A stretch of DNA of 64,000 nucleotides from Octopus bimaculoides (GCF_001194135.2 NC_068984.1:7245344-7309343), one strand, 5' to 3'; numbered from the stretch's first letter, positions 40,572 through 55,161 are shown. Numbers and translations: made by a program. The notes: generated by a model from the sequence alone, not told the origin.

Positions 40572-41017
40572 TGTAGTGTCTGACTATTTCTGCAGAGGTG
40601 TTCTTTGTTATATAATCAGACATGCAATTGTAAACAATTATATATGCACATTTCGAGTCTAATTTTTTTCTATTTATGAAAATATGTAGAAATGCATTGA
40701 TATGCGATTGTGGGGGCACCTCACCTCAATGTTGCATTCTCCGTATTGAATAGACACAATACACACAAAAGTGAAAAGAAAATAACCAGACGGTGGCATG
40801 ATGTTACTTCGTGATGATGCGTAGGTGCAAGTGCATGCGTATATTTTGCATATACACTCGAAATGTAGATGTCTACTCCAAAATACACACATATACATAG
40901 ATGTGAATATACATATGAGTATACATAGGAGTAGGTCCAGGCTCATATATATATGTATGTGTGTATGTATCCTACATATAGACAGATATCGGATACACAT
41001 ACACACACACACACACA

Positions 41018-41070
<53 letters not shown>

Positions 41071-41980
41071 NNNNNNNNNNNNNNNNNNNNNNNNNNNNNN
41101 NNNNNNNNNNNNNNNNNNNNNNNNNNNNNNNNNNNNNNNNNNNNNNNNNNNNNNNNNNNNNNNNNNNNNNNNNNNNNNNNNNNNNNNNNNNNNNNNNNNN
41201 NNNNNNNNNNNNNNNNNNNNNNNNNNNNNNNNNNNNNNNNNNNNNNNNNNNNNNNNNNNNNNNNNNNNNNNNNNNNNNNNNNNNNNNNNNNNNNNNNNNN
41301 NNNNNNNNNNNNNNNNNNNNNNNNNNNNNNNNNNNNNNNNNNNNNNNNNNNNNNNNNNNNNNNNNNNNNNNNNNNNNNNNNNNNNNNNNNNNNNNNNNNN
41401 NNNNNNNNNNNNNNNNNNNNNNNNNNNNNNNNNNNNNNNNNNNNNNNNNNNNNNNNNNNNNNNNNNNNNNNNNNNNNNNNNNNNNNNNNNNNNNNNNNNN
41501 NNNNNNNNNNNNNNNNNNNNNNNNNNNNNNNNNNNNNNNNNNNNNNNNNNNNNNNNNNNNNNNNNNNNNNNNNNNNNNNNNNNNNNNNNNNNNNNNNNNN
41601 NNNNNNNNNNNNNNNNNNNNNNNNNNNNNNNNNNNNNNNNNNNNNNNNNNNNNNNNNNNNNNNNNNNNNNNNNNNNNNNNNNNNNNNNNNNNNNNNNNNN
41701 NNNNNNNNNNNNNNNNNNNNNNNNNNNNNNNNNNNNNNNNNNNNNNNNNNNNNNNNNNNNNNNNNNNNNNNNNNNNNNNNNNNNNNNNNNNNNNNNNNNN
41801 NNNNNNNNNNNNNNNNNNNNNNNNNNNNNNNNNNNNNNNNNNNNNNNNNNNNNNNNNNNNNNNNNNNNNNNNNNNNNNNNNNNNNNNNNNNNNNNNNNNN
41901 NNNNNNNNNNNNNNNNNNNNNNNNNNNNNNNNNNNNNNNNNNNNNNNNNNNNNNNNNNNNNNNNNNNNNNNNNNNNNNNN

Positions 41981-42016
<36 letters not shown>

Positions 42017-42053
42017 GTGCGCTGCGTTTGCGTTTTTTTTACCAATTACACAG

Positions 42054-42134
42054 AGGAGGTACAAGGCTCTGTGATTGAGACTCACGCAAAGATTGATAGA
42101 TTAAGACATTTGCTTTGCAACTACGTCGATTCAG
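42054..42134 (+). CDS. Candidate isolated 81-nt coding exon (phase 1-1) of an unidentified gene
   Basis: Upstream tttttttt-accaattacaCAG acceptor and CAG|GTGAGT donor. Only one frame is open (EEVQGSVIETHAKIDRLRHLLCNYVDS) and the length is divisible by 3. No homology recognised. Confidence 0.25.
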
Positions 42135-42681
42135 GTGAGTTTCTTCTGCTATGGCATCGGACTGACTAATGCCTTGTGAGTAAACTTAATGGAAGGAAAT
42201 TGTTAGAATCGTTCGTTTGTGTATGTCTGCGCTTATTTGTGCTTGCATTTATCACTTTACTGCTAGGCCACAAGCGAACGAGAAAGTACGTACAAGAGAC
42301 TCAGAGAATACACGGGTCAACGTTTTCAACTAAACTCTTTAATGCGATGCTCCATCATGAGCGAAGTCCAATTACGGAAACCAGAAAACGAATAAAAGAG
42401 AATAGGAGGTGAAACCCTGTATAATCCTTCGTTTACGTAATTAACGAGCATCATTCTACTTTGAAATATAAGACGACCGATTCAGCAGTTTTAGAATTTG
42501 TCTATGCTATGAATAGCAAGGAACTACTCTGTTGCCAGAAAGATAAGAAACCGATCTCTGATGAAGAAAAAATTACCGAAACTATTTCGATATTTCGATC
42601 GACATCCGGTCCTTTTTCTTCCTTTTTTCCTTCTTCTTTCTTTTTTTAGACAAAAAAAAAATGGTTGCGTTTTAATTATGG

Positions 42682-42897
42682 TTTCAAATTTTGGTACAAG
42701 GATAGCAATTTTAGAAGGTGGAGATAAGTCGATTACATTTACTTCAGGGCCCACTGGGAACTTATTTGTTGGACCCTGAAAGAATGAAAAGCAAGTTCAA
42801 CTTGGCGAAAATTTGAACACAGAACATAAAGAGTTGCAAGAAATACTGCTCAGCAGTTTTATCCAAAGTGCTAACGATTCCGGCAGGCCGTCGCCTG
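42682..42897 (-). mobile_element. SINE family B, old copy
   Basis: ggaccctgaaagaatgaaaagcaagttcaacttggcgaaaatttgaacacagaac...gtgctaacgattccggcaggccgtcgcct. Confidence 0.72.
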
Positions 42898-43329
42898 AAG
42901 GTCTGGCTTAATTATAAAATCTAATGTCACAACGAGGGTGTATATTTATTAAAAACGCGCGATCGAAAGTCAACAATATTTATTTATAATAAACCCCACC
43001 TCTTTTGTTTCTATTAATAGGAGTGTATATATGGATTTGTGTATATATATATGATGTGTGTGCATTTGCTATTGAAGATAGAATTTTTAATTCCATTGTT
43101 CCAGTTTAACTTATGCAACTGGGGGCTTTTATTTTCACTTACATAATGGTGGATGTGAAACAAACGAGATGTTACAATACATTTGTGCCCTTACGTAATG
43201 CTATTACGCTTTTAGATAATAGCTATTCATACCAATGCCACTGTCACCGTATTTTCGAAATATGTAATGGTAAAAAGAGGTATTGTCTTCTGGAATCCGT
43301 AAATCATTGGCAACATTATATATATATAC

Positions 43330-43382
<53 letters not shown>

Positions 43383-44244
43383 NNNNNNNNNNNNNNNNNN
43401 NNNNNNNNNNNNNNNNNNNNNNNNNNNNNNNNNNNNNNNNNNNNNNNNNNNNNNNNNNNNNNNNNNNNNNNNNNNNNNNNNNNNNNNNNNNNNNNNNNNN
43501 NNATATATATAAAAGAGTTGTTACATAGTTGCCTTGTACATATGTATGCTGCATTATGCACCAACTGTTTACATAATTTCAATCAAACAATATTGTCATG
43601 TATTATTATTTATTGTACTGACCTGTTTCTTTAATGAATAAAGTAGAATATTTATAGCCTTGAATGTTTTTTTATCCATACAAATTCACACATATTTCCG
43701 ATTATATAAAAAACAACATAAAACGTTACACATGCATAATTGACCCACGCATATATAAATGCACGTACGTATATGTACGTGTGTATATATATATTATTAG
43801 TTTTATTACTCGATTTTTCGTCAGACGACGTAGTGTTGGTTTCTAACCAAGACTCCAGATTTCATCATTGGAATTTCACCAAAATCAACAGGGTACTTGC
43901 GCTTATATGTATACTAGTATATATGTGTACTAGTATATAGCGTTTAAGCTACTGACCCCGAATGGAAGATCTGCAAAGAGATCTCTGATTTGCTTTTGGA
44001 GAATTTGTTGCAATCGCTTCCTCCAGGGTTATATCCTAATGATGATCATATTCGTCCCCCAAAAAAACACGCAAACAATCGTCGAAAATAACGTTGGATT
44101 TCTCAGTTAATTTTGATTATTCCCAAATTTTATTTCAAAGTTATAAAAATTGTTATCGTACAAAAAAATTAGTCGTAAAAAGTTACATAAGGAAATCACC
44201 GAAAACAATTGCAGCAATAACAACTTGAGAATCTAAAGTTTCGG

Positions 44245-44329
44245 GATTGCAGGTCCGGATTCGGCCCGGAACCTTTTTTGCTTGAGTGGACCCCCAAAAT
44301 CTTATGTGGACCCTATTTGAGAACCGCTG
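44245..44329. mobile_element. hAT-like MITE terminus, partner end not found
   Basis: gtggaccctatttgagaaccgctg reads CAGCGGTTCTCAAATAGG on the minus strand, and a GGTCCGGATTCGGCCC subterminal motif lies upstream. Confidence 0.4.
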
Positions 44330-44587
44330 CTCTAAGTAGTTGTTTAATTACAATAAATAGCAACCAAATCTACTTTCAATCGAACCTCAGATATCTTAAA
44401 TACAGAACAACACGGTGTATAATGTGGTTCTCAATTTCTAGTCAGCCATTTTCGATCCACCGTTGGACAGGATGAAAGCCTGGACATGCATGGTTTCCGG
44501 CTAATTTAGTTTGATTGTAGATGAAAGGAGTCAACGCTGTTCAATTTCGGTTGGGACAATGTACACACATTCATTTCTTATTCTTTT

Positions 44588-45016
44588 CTTTTCTACTCTA
44601 GGCACAAGGACCGAATTTTTGGGGAGTGGGGTGCAATCGATTAGATCGACTCCAGTACGCAGCTGGTACTTATTTTATGGACCCCGAAAGGATGAAAGGC
44701 AAAGTCGACCTCGGCGGAATTTGAACTCAGAACGTAAATACAGATGAAATATCGCTAAGCATTTCGCCCGGCGTGTAACGTTTCTTATTTCTATACTGCC
44801 AACAAGGGGCTACACGCAGAGGGGACAAACGAGGACAGACAAACGGATTAAGTCGATTGTATCAACCCCGGTGCATAACTGGTATTTAATTGATCGACCC
44901 CGAAAGGATGAAAGGCAAAGTCGACCTCGGCGGAATTTTGAACTCAGAACGTAGCGACAGACGAAATACCGCCAAGCATTTCGCCCGACGTGCTAACGGT
45001 TCTGCCAGCTCGCCTG
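44588..45016 (-). mobile_element. Head-to-tail dimer of SINE family B (45016-44785 full head with variant tail; 44781-44588 lacks its 5' end)
   Basis: Two copies of gaccccgaaaggatgaaaggcaaagtcgacctcggcggaattt(t)gaactcagaacgta. Confidence 0.88.
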
Positions 45017-45645
45017 CAAGGAACAACCAGGTTTCTTTCTCTGTTTTACACAGTTTAACATGTTCCTGGCAACAAATATGTTCTCTGAGAGTATGTTATT
45101 GCAAACCTACACTTATGAATGGGTGAAAAGCAAAGATCCTCTTTTTGAAAGAAGGATCTATAAAGCTTAATTTTAAACATTGAATGGCTATCGTGGAGTT
45201 CACCAAAATGAAATAGTAACCAACGGGTTCCATAGACAAAAAAATGGTTGAGTACCACCAACATAGAGACATGTCGAGGTAGAGTTTTAACTGAGAAGTA
45301 TGAGGCACGACAGGAGATATTCACCAAAAGAACCATTTAATTCTTCTAAATTTGAATCAACTAAAATAACGTTTGAGAAAGTTGAAACTTGAATATTTAA
45401 CTTTGTTGAAAAGAAAATAGAGAAATTTAATGCAATTTCACAATACAACATTGATACATAATCGAATTTATAGATTGTAGTATGGATTACTGTTTTTAGT
45501 TTCGGTGCCTTCATCTTCTATATCTTCTACAGCAGAGTGGGTGGTTGTGTGTGTGTGATAGTTTGTATGTATATAAGTTTACATGTATGTAAATGTGTAT
45601 GTGTATAAACGTATATATTTATATGTATATATGTATATATAAGCG

Positions 45646-45695
<50 letters not shown>

Positions 45696-46021
45696 CATAT
45701 ATATATATATATATATATATATANNNNNNNNNNNNNNNNNNNNNNNNNNNNNNNNNNNNNNNNNNNNNNNNNNNNNNNNNNNNNNNNNNNNNNNNNNNNN
45801 NNNNNNNNNNNNNNNNNNNNNNNNNNNNNNNNNNNNNNNNNNNNNNNNNNNNNNNNNNNNNNNNNNNNNNNNNNNNNNNNNNNNNNNNNNNNNNNNNNNN
45901 NNNNNNNNNNNNNNNNNNNNNNNNNNNNNNNNNNNNNNNNNNNNNNNNNNNNNNNNNNNNNNNNNNNNNNNNNNNNNNNNNNNNNNNNNNNNNNNNNNNN
46001 NNNNNNNNNNNNNNNNNNNNN

Positions 46022-46075
<54 letters not shown>

Positions 46076-47079
46076 ATCTACTCACTCTCTTTCCTTCACT
46101 GTATATATGGATGTGTGTATATAGATATATATACACACACACTCACACACACAATCACACGCATATATACGTACATATATACATACATATACATATACAT
46201 ACATATATATATATATATACATATACATACATACATATATATATAGATATATATATATAAATATACAGGGATTAGCAATTGAGTTGCTTCTCCAACATAC
46301 TGAAAATTTAGAAATAGCAGTCAAAGAACTACTGATTCCAAACTACAAATTTTTCTCTAAAGTGGATGGCGATATTTATGGCACACATAGAACAAAAAAC
46401 CGGAGGGAAAAGCGTAAACAAACCAAGCCTTTAGTTAATTGGATACGAATCGTTTCATGGTTAAGTGAATGGAAATTTCACTATTCCAATCTTCAGCCTC
46501 AATATTCTGANNNNNNNNNNNNNNNNNNNNNNNNNNNNNNNNNNNNNNNNNNNNNNNNNNNNNNNNNNNNNNNNNNNNNNNNNNNNNNNNNNNNNNNNNN
46601 NNNNNNNNNNNNNNNNNNNNNNNNNNNNNNNNNNNNNNNNNNNNNNNNNNNNNNNNNNNNNNNNNNNNNNNNNNNNNNNNNNNNNNNNNNNNNNNNNNNN
46701 NNNNNNNNNNNNNNNNNNNNNNNNNNNNNNNNNNNNNNNNNNNNNNNNNNNNNNNNNNNNNNNNNNNNNNNNNNNNNNNNNNNNNNNNNNNNNNNNNNNN
46801 NNNNNNNNNNNNNNNNNNNNNNNNNNNNNNNNNNNNNNNNNNNNNNNNNNNNNNNNNNNNNNNNNNNNNNNNNNNNNNNNNNNNNNNNNNNNNNNNNNNN
46901 NNNNNNNNNNNNNNNNNNNNNNNNNNNNNNNNNNNNNNNNNNNNNNNNNNNNNNNNNNNNNNNNNNNNNNNNNNNNNNNNNNNNNNNNNNNNNNNNNNNN
47001 NNNNNNNNNNNNNNNNNNNNNNNNNNNNNNNNNNNNNNNNNNNNNNNNNNNNNNNNNNNNNNNNNNNNNNNNNNNNNNN

Positions 47080-47129
<50 letters not shown>

Positions 47130-47335
47130 TACACACACGAATATAGACCCATATATGCACAAACACATTAATATATACATATATACTCTCTCTCTTTCTA
47201 TCTCTGTCTGACTCTCTCTCTCTCTCTCTCAGTACAAACGTACACACATTCACATAATATATTACACACACACACACATATATATATTATTATTATTATC
47301 ATCATCATCGTTGTCATTATCATTATTATTATTAA

Positions 47336-47376
<41 letters not shown>

Positions 47377-47443
47377 TATCATCATGAACATCATGATCAT
47401 GATCATGATCATCATCATCATTATTATTATTATTATCATTATT

Positions 47444-47727
47444 AAGATGGTCATGCAGTTAGAGCGTTGCTCTCACAATCGTGAGATCGTGGTTTCAGTT
47501 CCTGAAGCGGGTGGTGCGTTGTGCAAAGCACTTCATCTCACGCTGCTCTGCGATCACTTCGTCATGTGACGCTTGGCATACCGTGCACACTCATTCAGGC
47601 AAAGTCGATTTGATGATGGACGAAGTGAGCTATTATACAACACATACATTTGACCACTACAAGCAAATCATCTGTAGAGGTTGTTCAGCAAAAAACCTGA
47701 ACACTCGTGCATCGTCTTCGACGAGAG
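47444..47727 (+). mobile_element. tRNA-derived SINE family D
   Basis: gttagagcgttgctctcacaatcgtgagatcgtggtttcagttcctg is a tRNA-like head with B-box-like GGTTTCAGTTCC. It is preceded by (ATT/ATC)n. Confidence 0.6.
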
Positions 47728-47940
47728 ATTCCAGGTTCCAGATTCCATTCTACCATGTTACATATTTTGTATCTCTGAGCTTTATACACGAGGGAGTAAA
47801 AAAACATACAAGAATACATTGAGTGTTTGCTGTCTTTGATAGGGTTAAATCGGAAGTGGGAGAGAAGGATTGAGAGAGCAAATGCGAGATACCACTGAAA
47901 GACTAATAACTTGTAGGCGACCATGCTATACTAGAAAGTA

Positions 47941-48178
47941 TAGGGGGTTCAAAAAGTCTCTCCGCAGTGAATTTTGTTCGCTGCTCAAATATTGTCTATC
48001 CATTTGTAGGCCAAATTCACTGATAGTGAAATTAATAATGCATTCACTTTCAACACCTCTTCTAAAGTTTTTTAAAGTTTTATAAAGTCTAATATATTCT
48101 TTTGTAGTCTTATACCATCTTATAAATATTTATTTTGCAATTAAATACTTACTGCGGAGAGACGTTTTGAACACACTG
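47941..48178. mobile_element. 238-bp Tc1/mariner-type MITE
   Basis: 28-bp TIRs TAGGGGGTTCAAAAAGTCTCTCCGCAGT (47941-47968) and ACTGCGGAGAGACGTTTTGAACACACTG (48151-48178), TA on both sides and an AT-rich non-coding interior. Confidence 0.88.
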
Positions 48179-48872
48179 TATATTAAACGTGTTTTTTATA
48201 AGTCAACACCGCGTTCTATTGCATCAGCAGTGCTGTTTAGTGCTGGCTGTAATTTCTGTAGAAATAACCATAATGAAAGAACTGAAAGAGTATCTTTTAA
48301 TCGATTATCCCCGGGGCAGAGTCTCTGTCGCAATTACGGAGGCACCTCTTTTGAGTTGTCGAATTTCAGCCTTATACATATATAAGAAAGTGGTACATGT
48401 TCCAAAGTTTACTGTTCGTATTCTGGTATGTAAATCACAGCGATTCTTATGACATCAAACGAAACTTTATGGCCACATAATGTAATTGGCTGGAATATGC
48501 ACTACAAAGTGTACTGCATCTTGAAATGGGTCTTTTTGTGCTAATGTTTTAAGATTAATTCAAGGACGAATACGAAACTAAATAGAGGTGCGCAGGATTG
48601 AATTTCTATAAAGAGTTGTTCTATAGCTTGAATTTCGACACACACACACACATTAACAATGGGGTACGTAGAAACAACATTCGTGTCATGATAAAATCAT
48701 TAGTTATTTTTTAAATACATTTGTCCGCCATCGATCAAATTATGTCTTTCTGAAAAACTATTTATACGCTTATCGGTAAAGCATTCACTTGGTCAGTCAA
48801 GCCATCTATTAATCTTCGTTATACTTTCTTATTTCTCTGCACGTACAGACAATCATGTCTACGCACATATAA

Positions 48873-48924
<52 letters not shown>

Positions 48925-49164
48925 CTGCGCACGTATCTGTGTATGCTTCTTTTATGTAAATTTAAATATTTAAAAAAAAAGTTAAACATTAAATTGAAGG
49001 ACGATTCAATAATTTTTACTAGAGTAACTTATAAAAATTTACCCGGAAACGGTTTACAACGATTTCAAAGTTTCCACTATCTAGTTTCATACAGATATGT
49101 ATTTGTGCAATATGGAAAATATTCTACCAATATTATTCAAACGGTGCTGGTATCGAGCATATGA

Positions 49165-49505
49165 GTTACCCAAGGGTAGATCCCGTACCATGCGTCCCCT
49201 AAAAAAGTCGAGTTGACATCACATAAGAATATTGTGACACAGCTCTGTTAGCTCAAATGGTCCTGCTTTATTCATCGATACCCTGAAAGAAATTAAAGCA
49301 GAAAATGACCCCACAACATTCAAACGGCACCTGGACGAAGTACCAGACAAACTATCAATATCTCAGCCAATAACACCTCTTAGCTCGAATGGCCCATAGT
49401 GTTCCGAAGCATGTCTTAAAAGACCTCCCCAGGCGGTGCTATTAAGTTAGTTATGGCCTAGGACGATAATGGCCAAAAGCAATGTAAGCTATCTAAGATA
49501 TCTAC
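49165..49505 (+). mobile_element. CR1/L2-clade LINE 3' end, same family as 10020-10462
   Basis: NGPALF...KEIKAENDPTTFKRHLDEVPDK, then a 3' UTR aggcggtgctattaagttagttatggcc...taagctatctaagatatct matching 10400-10462. Confidence 0.75.
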
Positions 49506-49533
49506 GCTATGTTTAATTATTTCACTGCATGAC

Positions 49534-49638
<105 letters not shown>

Positions 49639-49808
49639 GTGTGTCTCTCTGTGTGTCTGCGTGTTGATCGGTCTGTCCATCATGTGCACACACTGTCTAG
49701 ATGTTCGCACACACACACACACACTCATAATACAGATATGTGTGTGTGTGTTTGCGTATGTGTGTGTATGTGTGTATGTGTATGTATATATACACATATG
49801 TATGTATG

Positions 49809-49851
<43 letters not shown>

Positions 49852-50826
49852 TTAAATGCGTCCACACAGGACCAGTTGTATAAAGCCAATTATGTTTGTA
49901 TCTTTGTTGGTGATGGTGGTAGCACCGAGAAAGAACGTGTTTGGAGCAAACTTTGTGACAAATCTTTGGGCGACAGACATTTAAACAGATCCTGAGATCT
50001 CGGCGATGTCACAAATAACAATATGGCGAATAAACAAAGCAACATAAACATGCCCTGATCCAGGGGAACTGGCTAAACAAACTGACTGCATGAAAATACA
50101 CTGAAAGACAGATGAGGTATAAAACACAGCTAGATATACATTGGTGCGGTCATGTATGCACATTCATATATATGTATGTATCTGTGTAGGTGTATATATG
50201 TAATATGTTTGTATGTATGTGTGTGTGTTTGTGTGTGTGTATATTCACATGCACACAAACACAAACGTAGTTGCACAGTGTGCATGACGGACTAAAGGTT
50301 GTAGTGGAGTAGGAACATACAGTGAAACTTATGGTGAGGATGTCGAAAAGACAGATGGGAAAACAAACGGAATGACACTGAATGATGAGACAGGTTGTGA
50401 AAGACAAATAAACGCCGACTTAGTGGAATAATATAGAGAGAGAATATCACAGAGAATTCTAGCTAGTTCCAGCATTGAGTCAGACAGACAGAATGTTGCC
50501 ACTAAGTCTAGCTAATGTCAACATAGAGAGAGAATATACAGATAACTATAACTAACTTCAACATAAAAGAAAAAAAGAAAAAAAACAGATGGATGGACTA
50601 TTTTATAATATACTCTAACATAATAGCTAAACAATTTTATATTAATGTCAAGCTAACTGCAACACAGACTGAAAGAGATAGGTCTTTGGTCTGTAAGTCA
50701 AGCTAAGGCTAAGAGTGAAGCAGAAGAGAGAAACAAGCAGACAGACAGATATATAGACAGGCAGATATATAGACAGACAGATAAATAGATAGATAGATAG
50801 TTATATAGACAGACAGATAGATAGAC

Positions 50827-50887
<61 letters not shown>

Positions 50888-51139
50888 TAGATATATAGAT
50901 GGTTAGATAGATAGAGAGATAGATAGATAGATAGATAGATAGATTATTTTGAATATATTTTAGCCAACGGTATGTAAATAGTTTATTGCACTGTCTAATA
51001 AACTCAACACGAAGACAGATGTATAGAATATTGCAATATATTGCAGTCAACTATTCAAAAATGTTACAGTAATGTCTGGCTAAGTCCAACTCAAAAACAG
51101 ATACTCTTAGTGTTGGGTCTTCAAGAATCTTCGTCGTTT

Positions 51140-51268
51140 TAAGGGGCCTGTTTGTTTCCAGGTGAAACTTATTTGCTTCAGATCTTCTTTGAAGGTGGCG
51201 TGTCATGTCTTCTTGGGTCTACCCTTCTTCTTTCGTTCCTTCTGTGGTACTCATTCTATAGCTAACTA
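51140..51268 (-). mobile_element. RTE-like LINE 3' fragment
   Basis: The minus strand reads ERKKKGRPKKT*HATFKEDLKQISFTWK, containing the RTE C-terminal GRPKKTW motif. It is flanked by (CTA/GTA)n. Confidence 0.62.
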
Positions 51269-51279
51269 CTACTACTACT

Positions 51280-51334
<55 letters not shown>

Positions 51335-51812
51335 CAGCAGTAGCAGCAGCAGCAGCAGTAGTAGTAGTATTAGTAGTAGTAGCAGTAGTAGTGATTGTGG
51401 TGGCATGCAGGTGATGGTGTGGGGGAGGTGATGGTTTCCTACACACACACGCACACACACACACAAGACACAAAAAAAACACACAAAAATTCACAAACAC
51501 ATTCACATACATTCATACGCATACACACACACATACAATATACGAAAACAAACTAACAAACAAACAAACAAACAAACAAAATAAGTGGCCAGAGGCAAAA
51601 ACAACCAGAAAAATGAGATTGTGGACCTCAGCTAACCTCCATCTGTTTTCTCGTTTCAATTCCGTTTCGCCTTGCGGAGAAATTTCTAAACGATTTCTAT
51701 ATATGTTAAAAAGATGTTGGATGACCAAATAATTGTTTATTAGTATTCAAATTATGCTCTTGTTTACACCTCATTTTTATACACATTTACAGGCATATTA
51801 TTATTATTATTA

Positions 51813-51876
<64 letters not shown>

Positions 51877-52225
51877 CATCATCATTATTGGTTTTGGCGT
51901 TCACTTGTGTTTCTAACGGCTTTGTTTCATTTTTGCCAGCCATTCTTTCTGCACACTATTTCTCATTTCATTTCATATATCTCCCCCCTCTCTCTCTNNN
52001 NNNNNNNNNNNNNNNNNNNNNNNNNNNNNNNNNNNNNNNNNNNNNNNNNNNNNNNNNNNNNNNNNNNNNNNNNNNNNNNNNNNNNNNNNNNNNNNNNNNN
52101 NNNNNNNNNNNNNNNNNNNNNNNNNNNNNNNNNNNNNNNNNNNNNNNNNNNNNNNNNNNNNNNNNNNNNNNNNNNNNNNNNNNNNNNNNNNNNNNNNNNN
52201 NNNNNNNNNNNNNNNNNNNNNNNNN

Positions 52226-52258
<33 letters not shown>

Positions 52259-54826
52259 TCTCTCTCTCTTATAATCCAATCTTTATCCCTCACGTAAATT
52301 AATCCTGCTCACTCCCCATTTCACATTCTTACTGTTTTTCTTTCAATATCTATCACCCTGTTTGTTTCTCTGTCTGTCTGTCTCTCCTCCATCTCTCTCT
52401 TCCTCCATGCAAACACGTGTGCACACGCTCACAAAAACACAAGCGTAGGCAAGTACATTATATATATATATATATATATACGTGCATGTATATATGTGTG
52501 TAAGTATGTATACGTGTTTATGTTTTAAAATACGTATTAACATGTGTGTCTCTGAGTGTGTTTGAATATATGTATCTACAAACACACACATACACACACA
52601 CACACATATACGCATATGTGTATGACCGTGTGTATATCACTGCATGCAATGATTGCTTTAGTGCGTGCGTAATTGTGAATATATCTCTTATGTGTCTCAA
52701 GTATTGTTGTTAGCACACACATAGGAAACTACGCTTTGGCATGCATTGTATATCACACTCAATAATATACTCATTACAAGTTTTACTCTAAACAATATAA
52801 CGAAAATTGGCGATAATATTGTTTTTTTTTTCTTTTGCCACAATACCCCAACCCAACTCCCCAAACACTACCTTCGTCACTCTGCTTCCATATATATATA
52901 TATACTCACATACATATACACATACATACATGCATACATAAATACATACATATAGCCTCTAGCCGGTCGTCAGGGCTTGTTATTTCATCCGTTCTATATT
53001 TTCTATTACAACAAACTATGATATCATCAACGATAAAACAAATTGAAACGATGTTTAACAGGATGTTGCGGTTACATTCATAATTTATTATGGACATCCT
53101 TTAGTGATATATATACACGCTTACATACCCAGGCACACGTATACATACATGCATACAAACATAGATACATACATACATACATACATACATACATACATGT
53201 ATGAATACGATATATATTCATATGTATCGCATATACTTGTATGTATATNNNNNNNNNNNNNNNNNNNNNNNNNNNNNNNNNNNNNNNNNNNNNNNNNNNN
53301 NNNNNNNNNNNNNNNNNNNNNNNNNNNNNNNNNNNNNNNNNNNNNNNNNNNNNNNNNNNNNNNNNNNNNNNNNNNNNNNNNNNNNNNNNNNNNNNNNNNN
53401 NNNNNNNNNNNNNNNNNNNNNNNNNNNNNNNNNNNNNNNNNNNNNNNNNNNNNNNNNNNNNNNNNNNNNNNNNNNNNNNNNNNNNNNNNNNNNNNNNNNN
53501 NNNNNNNNNNNNNNNNNNNNNNNNNNNNNNNNNNNNNNNNNNNNNNNNNNNNNNNNNNNNNNNNNNNNNNNNNNNNNNNNNNNNNNNNNNNNNNNNNNNN
53601 NNNNNNNNNNNNNNNNNNNNNNNNNNNNNNNNNNNNNNNNNNNNNNNNNNNNNNNNNNNNNNNNNNNNNNNNNNNNNNNNNNNNNNNNNNNNNNNNNNNN
53701 NNNNNNNNNNNNNNNNNNNNNNNNNNNNNNNNNNNNNNNNNNNNNNNNNNNNNNNNNNNNNNNNNNNNNNNNNNNNNNNNNNNNNNNNNNNNNNNNNNNN
53801 NNNNNNNNNNNNNNNNNNNNNNNNNNNNNNNNNNNNNNNNNNNNNNNNNNNNNNNNNNNNNNNNNNNNNNNNNNNNNNNNNNNNNNNNNNNNNNNNNNNN
53901 NNNNNNNNNNNNNNNNNNNNNNNNNNNNNNNNNNNNNNNNNNNNNNNNNNNNNNNNNNNNNNNNNNNNNNNNNNNNNNNNNNNNNNNNNNNNNNNNNNNN
54001 NNNNNNNNNNNNNNNNNNNNNNNNNNNNNNNNNNNNNNNNNNNNNNNNNNNNNNNNNNNNNNNNNNNNNNNNNNNNNNNNNNNNNNNNNNNNNNNNNNNN
54101 NNNNNNNNNNNNNNNNNNNNNNNNNNNNNNNNNNNNNNNNNNNNNNNNNNNNNNNNNNNNNNNNNNNNNNNNNNNNNNNNNNNNNNNNNNNNNNNNNNNN
54201 NNNNNNNNNNNATATATATATATATATATATACATATACATATGTGCACACACACAATAATAGTAAATGTGCCAAGTAGAAAAGAATAAACAAAACAACA
54301 AAACATATTTGCAAGTGAAAAAATATACATCTATATATATACATCGATCTTGTATGCACATTTGCACATATATATACTCCCATATGTGTGTGTATAGTTG
54401 GGTATGTTTGTGTCTATGTGTATGTTTGCAATTGTGTATATATTATGGAGAACTAATGTAAAAATTATCCCGGAAACTGATGACAACCTGAGGCGAATTT
54501 CCTAAAGTGTATTATGATAAATGAAAATGTGGCGAATTTGGTGGTTAATAATTATAAGCGCGTGCGCACGCGCGCACACACACACACACTCACACATACA
54601 CACACTCACACATACACACACATAATATATGTGTGTGTGTGCGTATTACATCGCAATACGTATATAGCAAAGTATGGCTGTATGTTTCCATGTATGGGTA
54701 GTTTTCAGAATATAATTATATAGAAGACTATTCCGATCTTATTGGAGTATACTATACTAACATACATATGTACATACGTACATGCAAACAGATCTACACT
54801 CATATATACCCACACGCTCACACATA

Positions 54827-54871
<45 letters not shown>

Positions 54872-55130
54872 TATATATATAGGTAAACAGCTATATATAT
54901 ATATATATATATATACGCATTTGCTTATGTGTATGCTATAAGGAGAAATGCACATACAAACACATAGATATACACACTCATATGTTTATGTATATATACA
55001 AGTATATATATATACATATATATATAACTATGAATAGAAATATATATGTGTGCGTATATATATATATAAATAAATATAAATAAGAATATATATATATATA
55101 TAAATATATATTTGTATATATGTATATATG

Positions 55131-55161
<31 letters not shown>

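Noticed and set aside
48240-48300. CNFCRNNH resembling the Nanos CCHC zinc finger
   Set aside because: The downstream His and Cys spacing and the second finger are absent, and there is no splice support.
50290-50431. Acidic Gly/Thr-rich ~47-codon frame
   Set aside because: It is short and purine-biased, and no acceptor site places it in frame.
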